This document shows positions 19,779 through 29,891 of a stretch of DNA of 64,000 bases, piece after piece. Numbering within the stretch: position 1 is the stretch's first letter; every line of letters begins with the position of its first letter. The DNA is from Abditibacterium sp. (lineage in GTDB: Bacteria > Armatimonadota > Abditibacteriia > Abditibacteriales > Abditibacteriaceae): NCBI GenBank assembly GCA_965199495.1, contig CBDASK010000003.1, forward strand, positions 32,001-96,000. Reading direction: 5' to 3'. The translations under genes were made by a program, and so were the position numbers. The notes under the pieces were generated by a model. The model had not been told where the DNA came from. It saw only the letters and a program-made list of their open reading frames with translations, and made no database searches.

Positions 19779-21950
19779 ATGAAACTTCCTTCACTCCGCC
19801 GCAAAACCGCGAGCGAAACGCCCGTCGCCAAACCGATACGGCGTCAATCCAAAGCGAAACGACGCTGGCTCATCTTCGGCGGACTGTTTTTGGCGCTCAT
19901 CGGCTGGTCGGTTTATCGCGCGCGCACGCGGCCCAAACCGCACGCCACAGTTGAAATCGCGAAAGTGAAAACGACGGCGGTGCGCGAACTGGTTTCGGCG
20001 ACCGGCACGATTCAACCGTTTACAACAGTGGACGTAAAAAGCAAGGCGGGCGGCAAAGTTTTGGAAATGGCGGTCGAAGAAGGCTCGCGCGTGAGGCAAG
20101 GCCAACTGATTTGCGTGATTGACCGGCAGGACACCACGACCGAATTGCGTCAGGCCGAGGCCGATTTGGACGCGGCCAAGTCGGCGTTGCGGCAAGCGCA
20201 AGAGAGCGTGCGATTACAAAAAGCCAGCATCGGGCCGCAAATCGGGCAGTCGGCGGCGGGCGTGAGTTCGGCGCAGGCGCGACTGCAACAGGCGCGCGAA
20301 ACGTTGGCGACCGAAACGCGCGCCAATCCCGCGCAAATCGCCCAAAGCGCGGCGCAGGTCAAGGCCGCGCGCGCCAATTTGGAACAGGCGCGATTGTCGC
20401 TCGAACTGCAAAAGAAAACCTCGGCGGCGGCGATTAACGAAGCCGGGAGCGGCGTCAAAGCGGCGCAGGCGCGCCTCGACCAATCCACAGCCACGGCGAC
20501 CAATCAGCCTCAATTATCGCAGTCGAATATCAACGGCGCACAGGCCGCCGCCGACGCCGCGCGCGAAAGCGTCAACTCGGCGCAGGAAGCGTTGACGCTC
20601 TTGCAAAACGCCACGCAACCGCAGGAAACCGCCGCCACCCAAGCGCAGGTCAACGAAGCGCAATCGGCCCTCGCGACCGCGCAAACCAGCCTATCGCGAC
20701 AAGAAGCTCTGCTCGCCAAAGGCTACGTCGCGCAAAACACGGTGGACGATGCGCGTAACGCCGTCGTGTCGGCGCGCTCGACTTTGCAGACGGCGCAAGC
20801 GCGTTTGGACACGCTGCAAGCCGCGCAAGACGCGGCGCTGGGCGATAATCGCGCGCGTTTGGCACAGGCGAAAAGTTCGCTGGCACAGTCGCAGGCGGCG
20901 CTGCAAAGCGCGCGCTTGAACGCGGTGCAAAACACCATCACGGGCAAAGACGTGGTTTCGTCGCGCGCGGCGCTGGAACAGGCGCAATCGGCGTTGGCGA
21001 CGGCGCGCGCCAACCAACGGCAAATCCAGGTGCGCCAGTCGGAAGTCGTGGCCTCGCAAGCCGCGTTGCAACAAGCGCAATCGGCGCTGACCGCGACAAC
21101 GGCCAATGGGCGCAACGTCAACGTGCGCGCCGCCGATGTCGAAGCCGCGCGCGCCGCTCTGGCACAGGCCGACGCAACGCTGGCCGGTTCGCGCGCGGGC
21201 CAGATTACGACAAGCGTGCGCGAAGAAGATGTCAATCAGGCGCGCGCGCGATTGGTGCGCGCGCAAACCACGGTGAACAACGCGCGCGATAATCTGGCGC
21301 AAACGCGCGTCACGGCGCCACGCGACGGCGTGATTTTGCAGAAATATGTGGATGTCGGCAGCATCATTCAGTCGGGCCAATTGGGCGCGCAGGGCGGCAC
21401 GTCTATCGTGCAATTGGCCAACGTTTCACGTTTGTATGTGGACGTGAAAGTGGACGAAGCCGACATCGCCAAAGTCAGCACGGGCCAGAAAGTCGAGGTC
21501 ACGCTCGACGCCTATCCCGATGCGACGCGGCGGGGCACGGTACGCAAAATTTATCCGCTCGCCGTCACCGAAGCCAACGTGACCTATGTGCGCGTGCAGG
21601 TCGAAATTGACCCGGCGCAGGTGAGCGCCAAATTGCGTCCAAGCATGAACGCGACCTGCGATTTCGTGGTCGCTGACGAGAAAGGAGTGTTGTCCGTACC
21701 GCCCGAAGCCGTGCGCGACAAAGGCGAAGATTCGGTCGTGACCGTGATCAAAGACACCGCCAAACCCGCGTGGGACAAGAGCAATCAAGTCGAGCGCAAG
21801 GTGAAAGTCGGCGTGCGCGGCGACGAGCGCACGCAGATATTATCGGGCCTCAAAGCGGGCGAAACCGTCGTGACGAAAGTAACGGAACCATCGAGCGGTC
21901 GGCCATCGGCGTTTGGTGGCGGCGATGGGGACGGCGCGGATGGAGAGTAG
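19779..21950 (+). CDS. Efflux periplasmic adaptor (MacA-like) with very long coiled-coil hairpin
   Basis: TM anchor, VSATGTIQP..VDVKSKAGG, VTAPRDGVI, VDEADIAKV..GQ, LRPSM, GLKAGETVV. Confidence 0.88.
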   Translation: MKLPSLRRKTASETPVAKPIRRQSKAKRRWLIFGGLFLALIGWSVYRARTRPKPHATVEIAKVKTTAVRELVSATGTIQPFTTVDVKSKAGGKVLEMAVEEGSRVRQGQLICVIDRQDTTTELRQAEADLDAAKSALRQAQESVRLQKASIGPQIGQSAAGVSSAQARLQQARETLATETRANPAQIAQSAAQVKAARANLEQARLSLELQKKTSAAAINEAGSGVKAAQARLDQSTATATNQPQLSQSNINGAQAAADAARESVNSAQEALTLLQNATQPQETAATQAQVNEAQSALATAQTSLSRQEALLAKGYVAQNTVDDARNAVVSARSTLQTAQARLDTLQAAQDAALGDNRARLAQAKSSLAQSQAALQSARLNAVQNTITGKDVVSSRAALEQAQSALATARANQRQIQVRQSEVVASQAALQQAQSALTATTANGRNVNVRAADVEAARAALAQADATLAGSRAGQITTSVREEDVNQARARLVRAQTTVNNARDNLAQTRVTAPRDGVILQKYVDVGSIIQSGQLGAQGGTSIVQLANVSRLYVDVKVDEADIAKVSTGQKVEVTLDAYPDATRRGTVRKIYPLAVTEANVTYVRVQVEIDPAQVSAKLRPSMNATCDFVVADEKGVLSVPPEAVRDKGEDSVVTVIKDTAKPAWDKSNQVERKVKVGVRGDERTQILSGLKAGETVVTKVTEPSSGRPSAFGGGDGDGADGE

Positions 21951-21976
21951 AAGTTTTCCGTTTCCCCTTGTTCCGT

Positions 21977-22138
21977 TCCGTAGGTTTCACCTACGGCAGA
22001 GGGCGATTGAGCCGGACGTGCTTCGCACTTGAGAACTCGGAATATTCTCAAGAAATCAATTTTTACGAAAATATTAGTCCCATTGAGTGCGAAGCACGCC
22101 CAGCGCTACCGCCCTCTGCCGTAGGTGAAACCTACGGA
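21977..22138. repeat. Palindromic REP doublet, CCGTAGGTTTCACCTACGG core
   Basis: 29-bp perfect outer arms plus 13-bp inner arms CGTGCTTCGCACT/AGTGCGAAGCACG. Confidence 0.85.
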
Positions 22139-22146
22139 GAACGCCT

Positions 22147-22938
22147 ATGAAAACTCAAAATCCCATTATCCAAGTCGCCGATTTGCACAAAGAATACGTC
22201 ATGGGCGAACAACGCGTTCACGCGTTGCGCGGCGTGAATTTGAGCATCAATCGCGGCGAGTTCGTCGCGATTATGGGGCCGTCGGGCTGCGGCAAAAGCA
22301 CGTTTATGAATCTCATCGGCTGTCTGGATCGGCCTTCGCTTGGTTCGTATCAAATAGCTGCGCGCGAAGTCGCCAACCTGACCGACGACGAATTGGCGCG
22401 CGTGCGTAATCGCGAAATCGGGTTTGTGTTCCAAAATTTCAACCTGCTGGCGCGCACGAGCGCATTGCATAACGTCGAGTTGCCGCTACTCTATGCCGGA
22501 ACCGACGCGCGTGACCGGCGCCAGCGCGCGACGGCTTCGATGGAAGCGGTCGGTCTGGGCGACCGTCTGGATCATCAGCCCAACGAACTTTCGGGCGGGC
22601 AGCAACAGCGCGTGGCAATCGCGCGCGCTTTGGTCAACGATCCGGCGATTTTGCTGGCCGACGAGCCGACGGGCGCGTTGGCTTCGCGGCAGGGCGAAGA
22701 AATTATGACGATATTTCAGCGCCTCAACGACGAGGGCCGCACCGTCGTGATGGTGACGCACGAACCCGAAATTGCGCGTCACGCGCGCCGCATCGTGCGC
22801 TTTCACGATGGCCGCGTCGTGGGCGATGAAGCCGTCGCCCACCGTTTGGACGCCGCGCAATTATTAGCCGCGATGCCGCCCGAAGACGACTTCAACGAAG
22901 GCGCCGCCGAAGCGGTTTTGGCGGGGGCAAACCCATGA
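22147..22938 (+). CDS. ABC transporter ATP-binding protein (MacB/LolD type)
   Basis: [35 protein letters not shown]. Confidence 0.95.
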   Translation: MKTQNPIIQVADLHKEYVMGEQRVHALRGVNLSINRGEFVAIMGPSGCGKSTFMNLIGCLDRPSLGSYQIAAREVANLTDDELARVRNREIGFVFQNFNLLARTSALHNVELPLLYAGTDARDRRQRATASMEAVGLGDRLDHQPNELSGGQQQRVAIARALVNDPAILLADEPTGALASRQGEEIMTIFQRLNDEGRTVVMVTHEPEIARHARRIVRFHDGRVVGDEAVAHRLDAAQLLAAMPPEDDFNEGAAEAVLAGANP

Positions 22939-24146
22939 ACATCACCGAAAACATCTTGGTCGCGTTGCAGGGTTTGACCGCCAACAAACTGCGCTCGGCG
23001 CTAACGATGCTCGGCATCACAATCGGCGTGTTTTCGGTGATTTTGGGCACGGCGATTGGACAGGGCGCGCGCCAGGAACTGCTCAAGCGCGTCGAAACTT
23101 TGGGCAGCAACTCGATCATTATTTTCGCCGATCCCAGTCGCGGCGGAACCGAAAAGAACAGCAACAAATTCGACCCGCTTACGGTTGAAAACGCCGATTA
23201 CATTCTGGCTCACAGCCCTCTCGTCACGCGCATTGCGCCCCAGGTGCAGCGCAACGCGCAGGTCAAATTTCGCAACAAAACCGCGCAAACCAACATCATT
23301 TGCACCACGCCCGATTACGCGCAAATCTCGAATTATCAACTCGAAGCGGGCCAATTTTTCTCGGATCGCGACGTGCGCGGGCGCCGCAAAGTCTGCGTCG
23401 TGGGCAAAACCGTGGCGACCAAACTGTTTGGCGACGGCACGCCAATCGGCAAACCCATGCGCATCGCGCAGGTCAATTGCAAGATCGTCGGCATCCTCCA
23501 ATCCAAAGGTTCCTCGCTGTTTGGCGATCCCGACGATCAAATTTTGATTCCCCTCACGACCGGCATGAATCAAGTTTTCGGCGTGAAGGACATCAGCACG
23601 ATTTCGGCGCAGGCCGCCAATTCGGCGGATTCGCCGCGCGCCGTCGAGCAGATCAAAGCGGCGTTGCGCAAAAGTCGGAAAATCAAGCCAAAAGAGAAGA
23701 ATGATTTCGACGTGCGCTCGCAACAGGAATTGATGAGTTTCGGCGACAAAGCCACGCAAATTCTGACGTTTCTGCTTTCCGGCATCGCCGGCGTGGCTCT
23801 CCTTGTCGGCGGCATCGGCATTATGAACATTATGTTGGTTAGCGTGACCGAACGCACGCGCGAAATCGGCATCCGCAAAGCGATGGGCGCGCGCAATTTC
23901 AATATTCTGTTCCAATTTCTCATCGAAGCCCTCACGCTCAGCGTCACGGGCGGCCTCATCGGAATCGCGGGCGGCTACGTCGTCTCGGCGCTACTCACGA
24001 CTTACACGCCAGTTCCAGCCGTCGTTTCGCCCTTATGGGTTTCAATCGCGTTTTTCGTCTCGGCGAGCATCGGCATCTTCTTCGGAATTTATCCGGCCTA
24101 TAAAGCCGCCCAACTCGACCCAATTGAGGCGCTGCGTTTTCAGTAA
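22935..24146 (+). CDS. ABC transporter permease (MacB/FtsX type)
   Basis: [51 protein letters not shown] overlap with the ATPase gene. Confidence 0.95.
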   Translation: MNITENILVALQGLTANKLRSALTMLGITIGVFSVILGTAIGQGARQELLKRVETLGSNSIIIFADPSRGGTEKNSNKFDPLTVENADYILAHSPLVTRIAPQVQRNAQVKFRNKTAQTNIICTTPDYAQISNYQLEAGQFFSDRDVRGRRKVCVVGKTVATKLFGDGTPIGKPMRIAQVNCKIVGILQSKGSSLFGDPDDQILIPLTTGMNQVFGVKDISTISAQAANSADSPRAVEQIKAALRKSRKIKPKEKNDFDVRSQQELMSFGDKATQILTFLLSGIAGVALLVGGIGIMNIMLVSVTERTREIGIRKAMGARNFNILFQFLIEALTLSVTGGLIGIAGGYVVSALLTTYTPVPAVVSPLWVSIAFFVSASIGIFFGIYPAYKAAQLDPIEALRFQ

Positions 24147-24167
24147 AACTGTTTACAGACGAAATTT

Positions 24168-25007
24168 ATGTTCGATTCTCCCACGCCCCTCCTCTACGAA
24201 AGCCACTGCCACACGCCGCTGTGCGGTCACGCCGTTGGCGAACCCGAAGCCTACGCGCAGGCCGCGCTCGATAGCAATTTCGCGGGCATCAACATGACGT
24301 GTCACGGCCCGACGCCGCGCGAATGGGGGCATTGCATGAAAAGCTACCAATGGCCGGATTATCTCGCGATTTGCGAGCGCGCCCGCGCCCAGTTCGCCGG
24401 GCGCCTGGACGTAAAAACCGGCGTCGAATGCGATTTTTTGCCGTCGCTGACGCAGTATTGGCGCGAGTGGTTGCCGCGCTACGAACTCTCGCACGTTTTA
24501 GGTTCGGTTCATCCGCAGGTTGACGAATATCGGCGCCAATATTGGAACGGCGACGCGTTTGATTATCAGAAAAAGTATTTCGACTTGTTGGCTCAGGCCG
24601 CGCAAACCGGGCTGTTCGATACCCTATCGCATCCCGATCTGGTAAAAAACACCGTCGCCGACGATTGGCAAATCGAGCGAATCATGCCGTATATCGAAAA
24701 GGCGTTGGACAAAATAGCAGCCACTGGCACGGCGATGGAGTTGAATACGTCGGGTTTGAACAAGAAAATCCGGCAGATGAACCCGGCGCCCGAAATCTTG
24801 CGCGCCATGAAAGCGCGCGGCATTCGCGTGGCCATCGGCGCCGATGCCCATGTGCCCGAACGCGTCGGCGCCGATTTCGACGACGCGCTCGATTTGCTCA
24901 GTGAATGCGGCTACGACGAAATCTCGTTTTTCGTGGACAGAAAACGCCGCGACGTTTCGATTGAGGCGGCCAAAGCCAGCCTAAAAAAGCCCCAAAGCGT
25001 AGCGTAA
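24168..25007 (+). CDS. PHP-domain histidinol-phosphatase (HisJ/HisK family)
   Basis: HCHTPLCGHA, LGSVH, HPDL, ELNTSG, GADAH. Confidence 0.85.
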   Translation: MFDSPTPLLYESHCHTPLCGHAVGEPEAYAQAALDSNFAGINMTCHGPTPREWGHCMKSYQWPDYLAICERARAQFAGRLDVKTGVECDFLPSLTQYWREWLPRYELSHVLGSVHPQVDEYRRQYWNGDAFDYQKKYFDLLAQAAQTGLFDTLSHPDLVKNTVADDWQIERIMPYIEKALDKIAATGTAMELNTSGLNKKIRQMNPAPEILRAMKARGIRVAIGADAHVPERVGADFDDALDLLSECGYDEISFFVDRKRRDVSIEAAKASLKKPQSVA

Positions 25008-25119
25008 GTTTTTTATAAATCGAGCGAATTTATTCGCTCGATGCGAAATAATGCTCGCAAAAACAAAGAACCCCGTCGCAATATTGCGACGGGCTTCTTT
25101 GTTTCCATCAAACCAATTT

Positions 25120-25410
25120 TCACAGCAAGCCATTCTCTTTGGCGACGCGCACGATGTCGTCGAGGTAGCGCGTGAACAAATAGACCACGCAACCAAGGAC
25201 GCCGCCGATGGCGCCGACGACAAACCACATCAAAGAACCGCTCTGCCCGGTGATGATGTCGGCGATCCACAGATAAGGCAAGCCGACCAGACAGGCGCCG
25301 CCGCCCGCCACAGTCATCAAGATCACGATATTAGAATCGTTCAATTTCAACATCCGGCCAACCACGTAACCCACAAACATGGAGGCGATGCCCGCGTAAG
25401 TCATTTCCAT
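25120..25410 (-). CDS. Small hypothetical membrane protein
   Basis: Three hydrophobic segments, AAAGG RBS, hairpin just downstream (~25066-25100). Confidence 0.65.
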   Translation of the reverse strand: MEMTYAGIASMFVGYVVGRMLKLNDSNIVILMTVAGGGACLVGLPYLWIADIITGQSGSLMWFVVGAIGGVLGCVVYLFTRYLDDIVRVAKENGLL

Positions 25411-25623
25411 AGCGCCTTTCAGGATAAAACATTTGAACGCGCGCGCAAAGAGGGCGCGCGTAATTTCTGCCCCGCGAAATCGCGATTTTTTGTCAGAGTT
25501 TGCCGCCAGAACAAGTTCATTTCGGCAAATCTAATGCAATGACCTGACGCCAATAATCGCAAAACGCGTTCTTGGGAGAGATCGGTGGACAAATTCACTG
25601 GTTTGCGATGTTTTCTTTAACCG

Positions 25624-26610
25624 ATGCACGTCAAATTCTGGGGAGTTCGCGGCTCCATTCCGCGCCCGGCCAACAGCGAAGAACTCGCGTCGCGGTTGGT
25701 CGAATCGCTTTATCGGCTGGGCCAACAATCCGATTATCTGGATTTGACCGACCGCAACGCGATTCGCGATTGGGTCGCGCAGTTGCCGCCAGCCATTAAC
25801 GCGTTCGCTGGCGGCAATACTCCGTGCGTCGAAGTGCGTTGCGGCGATGAACTTCTCATCCTCGATTTGGGTTCGGGCATCCGCGCGCTGGGCGAATCTT
25901 TGATGCAACGCGAATTCGCGCGGGGCCAAGGCCGCGCGCATCTGTTTTTATCGCATTTTCACCACGATCATATTCAGGGTTGGCCGTTTTTTCGCCCGGC
26001 TTATATCGCCGGTAATCACTTCGATCTTTATACCAGCCACGGCGACGCGCGCGCGATTTTAGACCAACAACAGCAAGCGCCATTTTTTCCACCCGATTCC
26101 ATCGAAGAGATGAAGGCGCGGGTGAACTATCATCAACTCGGCCCACAATCGCAAACGATTGGCAAAGGGGACATAAAAATTTCCACCCTCGCGCTGGATC
26201 ATCCTTCGATTGCGCACGCGTTCCGCATTGAGTTCGGTGGCAAAACGTTGGTTTACGCTTCGGACGGCGCGTTCCCGGCGCCCGACAAAGGGCCTCACGA
26301 TCCGGCTCAGCCCTACATCGAGTTTTTTCAAAACGCCGATCTGGTCATTTTCGATTCGCAATTTTCGCTGTCCGAAAGCCTAACCAAACGTTCGTGGGGC
26401 CACAGTTCGGCGATTATCGGCGTCGAACTGGCCGCGCACGCGGGCGCCCAACGATTGGCTTTGTTTCACCACGATCCCAACGCCGCCGATGGATTTTTGG
26501 AACATCTCATGCGCGTGGGCCGCGAACACGCCGCCAATCCTCCAATTCCCGCCGCATCTGGCCCGGTCGAAGTTTTTCTGGCGCGCGAAGGCGCCGAAAT
26601 CGAATTGTAA
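25624..26610 (+). CDS. MBL-fold metallo-hydrolase
   Basis: FWGVRGSIP, GGNTPC, DLGSG, SHFHHDHIQG, WGHSS, FHHDP. Confidence 0.92.
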   Translation: MHVKFWGVRGSIPRPANSEELASRLVESLYRLGQQSDYLDLTDRNAIRDWVAQLPPAINAFAGGNTPCVEVRCGDELLILDLGSGIRALGESLMQREFARGQGRAHLFLSHFHHDHIQGWPFFRPAYIAGNHFDLYTSHGDARAILDQQQQAPFFPPDSIEEMKARVNYHQLGPQSQTIGKGDIKISTLALDHPSIAHAFRIEFGGKTLVYASDGAFPAPDKGPHDPAQPYIEFFQNADLVIFDSQFSLSESLTKRSWGHSSAIIGVELAAHAGAQRLALFHHDPNAADGFLEHLMRVGREHAANPPIPAASGPVEVFLAREGAEIEL

Positions 26611-26638
26611 AACAACTGAAAGTGGCTCTTACTCGCCG

Positions 26639-27925
26639 TCATGCGCTGACCGACGGCGAAGTTTCTACCGACGTTTGTGGCGACCAATTCAGCTTTTGCT
26701 CGGTATATTCGCGCGGCGACATCAGCGGCAATTGCAAGCACTCGCTGTTCATCGGCAACACATCGCGCCACTGCGAAATCAGCTTTTTGTAGGCTAAACC
26801 GACGGGACGAATATTGCGCTCCAAATCATAAAGTCCCAGCGGATTGATGTGGCCGTTTGGCTCGCGCAGCGCCGTGTCCCAGTCCACCTGATCGGTCAGC
26901 GAATACCACGTAAAACCGAGCATCGGGATGCCGTCGTTGCGCACGAGCAACACGTTGGCCCACTCTTTCCAAAGCCATTGCACGGCCTCGTCGCCGCGCG
27001 CTTCTTGCCAGTGATTGGTTTCGGTGTGCATCACCGGCAGATGATAGCGCCGAAAATACTGCCGCGTGATTTCGCTATAGCCAAAAATCTCGCCCGCCGC
27101 GCGCGTGGCTCCATCGGACGAGACCAAATGTTCGTTGGTCACGTAATAATCGTTGCCCATCACGCACGATTTTTTGACTTTGTTTTCCAGAAAAAAATGA
27201 TACTGCTCGCGCGTCATGCCGTTGTCCAGCAAAAACTCATACATTTCCGAATCCACACGACGCCCGTAGTTCAAGTCGAGCGACAAAAAGCGGCGCGCGT
27301 TGAGAATTTCGGCGGGTTTAATCGCGGCGGGCGAGTCGGCGTGAAAGTATTCCGACGATTCGCTCTGAATAAAAATCGCGTCGGGGCGCACTTCCAAAAT
27401 AGCGCGCATCGCCAAAACGTTGGCTTTGACGATATTATTAAGCGCCGTCACAAAAGCGCGGTCGCTGGCGAGTTGTTCGTTCCACCAACCGTAGGCCGCC
27501 GAAAACGTCGCGCACACGAACATCTCGTTGACCGGCGTGTAAAGTTGCACCCAGGGAAAACGTTTGGCGAAATCGCGCGCGTAAGTCGCGAAGAGTTCGG
27601 GCAAATCGGGGTTTTGAAAATCGCCGACCCAATCGGGAATTCCGAAGTGACACAAATCAACAATCGGCACGATGTCGCGCTTTTTCAAATCGTTAAACGT
27701 TTCGTCAGCGAAATCCCAATTGTAGCCACCATCATGCAGCCACGTCGTGTGGATTGGCGGGCCGTAGCGTAGAAATTGGATTCCCAATTCTTGCACCAAA
27801 TCGAAATCGGTGCGCCAATGCGTATAATGGCCGCATTTTTCCATTTCGTCCACGCGCAATTTGCCATTACGTATCGTCGGATTGGAATTTTCGATGCCGG
27901 TCGCAAACATGAAATTTGAGTTCAT
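26639..27925 (-). CDS. Glycoside hydrolase family 1 (beta-glucosidase-like)
   Basis: FMFATGIENS, DLCHFG, YTPVNE, MHTETN, FTWYSLTDQVDW; start set at MNSNF. Confidence 0.88.
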   Translation of the reverse strand: MNSNFMFATGIENSNPTIRNGKLRVDEMEKCGHYTHWRTDFDLVQELGIQFLRYGPPIHTTWLHDGGYNWDFADETFNDLKKRDIVPIVDLCHFGIPDWVGDFQNPDLPELFATYARDFAKRFPWVQLYTPVNEMFVCATFSAAYGWWNEQLASDRAFVTALNNIVKANVLAMRAILEVRPDAIFIQSESSEYFHADSPAAIKPAEILNARRFLSLDLNYGRRVDSEMYEFLLDNGMTREQYHFFLENKVKKSCVMGNDYYVTNEHLVSSDGATRAAGEIFGYSEITRQYFRRYHLPVMHTETNHWQEARGDEAVQWLWKEWANVLLVRNDGIPMLGFTWYSLTDQVDWDTALREPNGHINPLGLYDLERNIRPVGLAYKKLISQWRDVLPMNSECLQLPLMSPREYTEQKLNWSPQTSVETSPSVSA

Positions 27926-28078
27926 TGGTAATTTGCGTGGAATGCAAGATGCGTGCGAAGTTTGCGCATTTTCTCTCAACCGCCATAAACCTATCCGACA
28001 TCTGAAATCCGCCATCCAATTATCCGACGCTGTTTTCACTCGTTTCAAAAAAAACTTTGAAAATTTGTCTAAAAGGGG

Positions 28079-28107
28079 TTGACACGCCCATAAAACTGCC
28101 ATAAAAT
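28079..28107 (+). promoter_or_regulatory. sigma70-type promoter upstream of the retron-like RNA and PARP
   Basis: TTGACA (28079-28084), 17 nt spacer, TAAAAT (28102-28107); predicted start ~28113-28115 coincides with the 5' end of the terminal inverted repeat. Confidence 0.8.
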
Positions 28108-28114
28108 TTCCGGT

Positions 28115-28405
28115 GAATTGGTGAGTTGCGCGTTTCGGCAATTTCGCTTGGTGCGAAGCTCCGGTGTTCCGCCGGAGACGATTCTTACTTCCCCAACGCT
28201 GCGCTTGCAGCACGGGACGCCGCTGTGTTTTCACCCGGTCGCGGGTGCCCCGGCCCCCTGAGATTTAATTATTCGCACACGAGAGCTTACGTTCCGTGCT
28301 GTGCGACCAATTAAATCTCAGGGGGCCGGGGCACCCGCGACCGGGTTACAGTGACCGGCGCCCGTCAAAAGAGAGTTCATGCGAAAGGCGCAACTCGCCC
28401 AATTC
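28115..28405 (+). ncRNA. Putative retron msr-msd non-coding RNA
   Basis: Terminal imperfect inverted repeat GAATTGGTGAGTTGCGCGTTTCGGCA (28115-28140) / TGCGAAAGGCGCAACTCGCCCAATTC (28380-28405); three short hairpins (28143-28157, 28159-28177, 28198-28211); long hairpin 28212-28365 with a 38-bp perfect core; retron RT downstream on the same strand. Confidence 0.7.
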
Positions 28406-28501
28406 TTCATCTTTCGATGGACATTTACAACTGCATAAACTGACAGCTTTCAACCGCGAGATATTTTTCCTCAACCCACTTTGCCGCGCCTGGAGCCACT
28501 C

Positions 28502-29815
28502 ATGTCAAACATCATCAAAAGTGCCCGACTCATTTTCGTGTCGGTGAGCAACAACAACAACAAGTTTTATTACATCGACCTTTTCGATAACGATCAAGTC
28601 CAAATTCGTTACGGTCGCTACATCGAAGAAAACGGCGAACTCAAAGTTCAATCCGACACCACAACGCCCGGCGGCGAAAGTTTATTCCAGCGCAAACTGC
28701 GCGAAAAAACGGGCAAAGGTTACAAGCCGCAACCCGTTTTAGAAGACAATTCGTCTTCGCCGAGCGCGTCCCAGAAAAACGCCGGATTGGAAGAGATCGC
28801 GTTATCGCAAATTCGCACCAAGTCCGACGAAGTGCGCGCGCTGATTTCCTATCTTTGCAACATCAATATCCACAACATCGTGGAAAACTCGGCGATTAAA
28901 TACAACAAAGACACCGGTTTATTCTCGACGCCCTCCGGTCTCATCACCGTTGACGGCATTCGCGATGGGCGCGAACTGTTGTCGCAAATCAAAACCAAGA
29001 TTGACGCCGGAAAGTGGGACGCCCATTACATCCAGTTGCTCGATCAATATCTGACGATTGTGCCGCGCGACTTCGGGCGCAAACGGCCCGACCCGCAAGA
29101 ACTCTTCCCCGACGACGCCGAAATTCAGAAACAAGCGGGCATTTTGGATTCGCTCGAAGCCAGTCTGACTTCCTACGCCGAGAAGAAAGCCAAAGGCGAA
29201 TACGACATCAAAGAAGACGACGCGCCGCCGCCCCCGCCGCCGCAACTCTTTGATACTGCCGTCGAGTTGTTAACCGACCAAGCCGAATTCAATCGCATCA
29301 AAGAACATTTCGAGAAGTCGGCCAAAACCGAACACCAATCCATTAAGCATCTGACGTTGAAGCGCGTTTACACCGTCGAAATCGCCAAAATGAAGCGCGA
29401 ATACGACGAGCGCGGTGCGAGCAAAGGCAACGTGCATCGTTTGTGGCACGGCACTTCGGCGGCCAATGTTTTGTCAATTTTCAAGAGCGGTTTCATGCTG
29501 ACGCCGCCATCGAGCGCGCATATCGCGGGCAAAGCGTTTGGCAACGGCTTGTATTTCGCGCCCGCCTCGACCAAAAGTTTGCAGTACGCCGGTGGTTTTT
29601 GGGGCGGTAAGCAGGGCAAAAAGACGTATATGTTTTTGAACGACATCGCCGTCGGCAAAGCGTTCGAGCCGAAGACGACGACAAGCCAAAATCCGCCTGC
29701 GGGCTACGATTCGTATTGGGCGCGCGCGGGCAAAGCCGGTTGGCTAATTAACGATGAAGTCATCGTGTTCGATGCGGCTCAGGTCAATCCGGTTTATCTG
29801 CTGGAATTTGAGTAG
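28502..29815 (+). CDS. Poly(ADP-ribose) polymerase-like protein: WGR + regulatory (helical) + catalytic domains
   Basis: WGR-like NNNKFYYIDL..RYGR..KTGKGY; YLTIVPRDFG; PARP signature LWHGT..FGNGLYFA..STKSLQY; NDEVIVF; H316/Y351/E419 triad numbered from ATG 28502. Confidence 0.92.
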   Translation: MSNIIKSARLIFVSVSNNNNKFYYIDLFDNDQVQIRYGRYIEENGELKVQSDTTTPGGESLFQRKLREKTGKGYKPQPVLEDNSSSPSASQKNAGLEEIALSQIRTKSDEVRALISYLCNINIHNIVENSAIKYNKDTGLFSTPSGLITVDGIRDGRELLSQIKTKIDAGKWDAHYIQLLDQYLTIVPRDFGRKRPDPQELFPDDAEIQKQAGILDSLEASLTSYAEKKAKGEYDIKEDDAPPPPPPQLFDTAVELLTDQAEFNRIKEHFEKSAKTEHQSIKHLTLKRVYTVEIAKMKREYDERGASKGNVHRLWHGTSAANVLSIFKSGFMLTPPSSAHIAGKAFGNGLYFAPASTKSLQYAGGFWGGKQGKKTYMFLNDIAVGKAFEPKTTTSQNPPAGYDSYWARAGKAGWLINDEVIVFDAAQVNPVYLLEFE

Positions 29816-29891
29816 TAATTTTGAAATAGGACGCAATGACGAACGTGGGGCTAAAACCGCGCGCGTTTCGGATGGTCAGAAAAAATCACTC

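Noticed and set aside
28126..28547. Short ORFs 28126-28314 and 28296-28547
   Set aside because: They run through the structured inverted repeats and have no RBS or protein-like features; the region is better explained as RNA.
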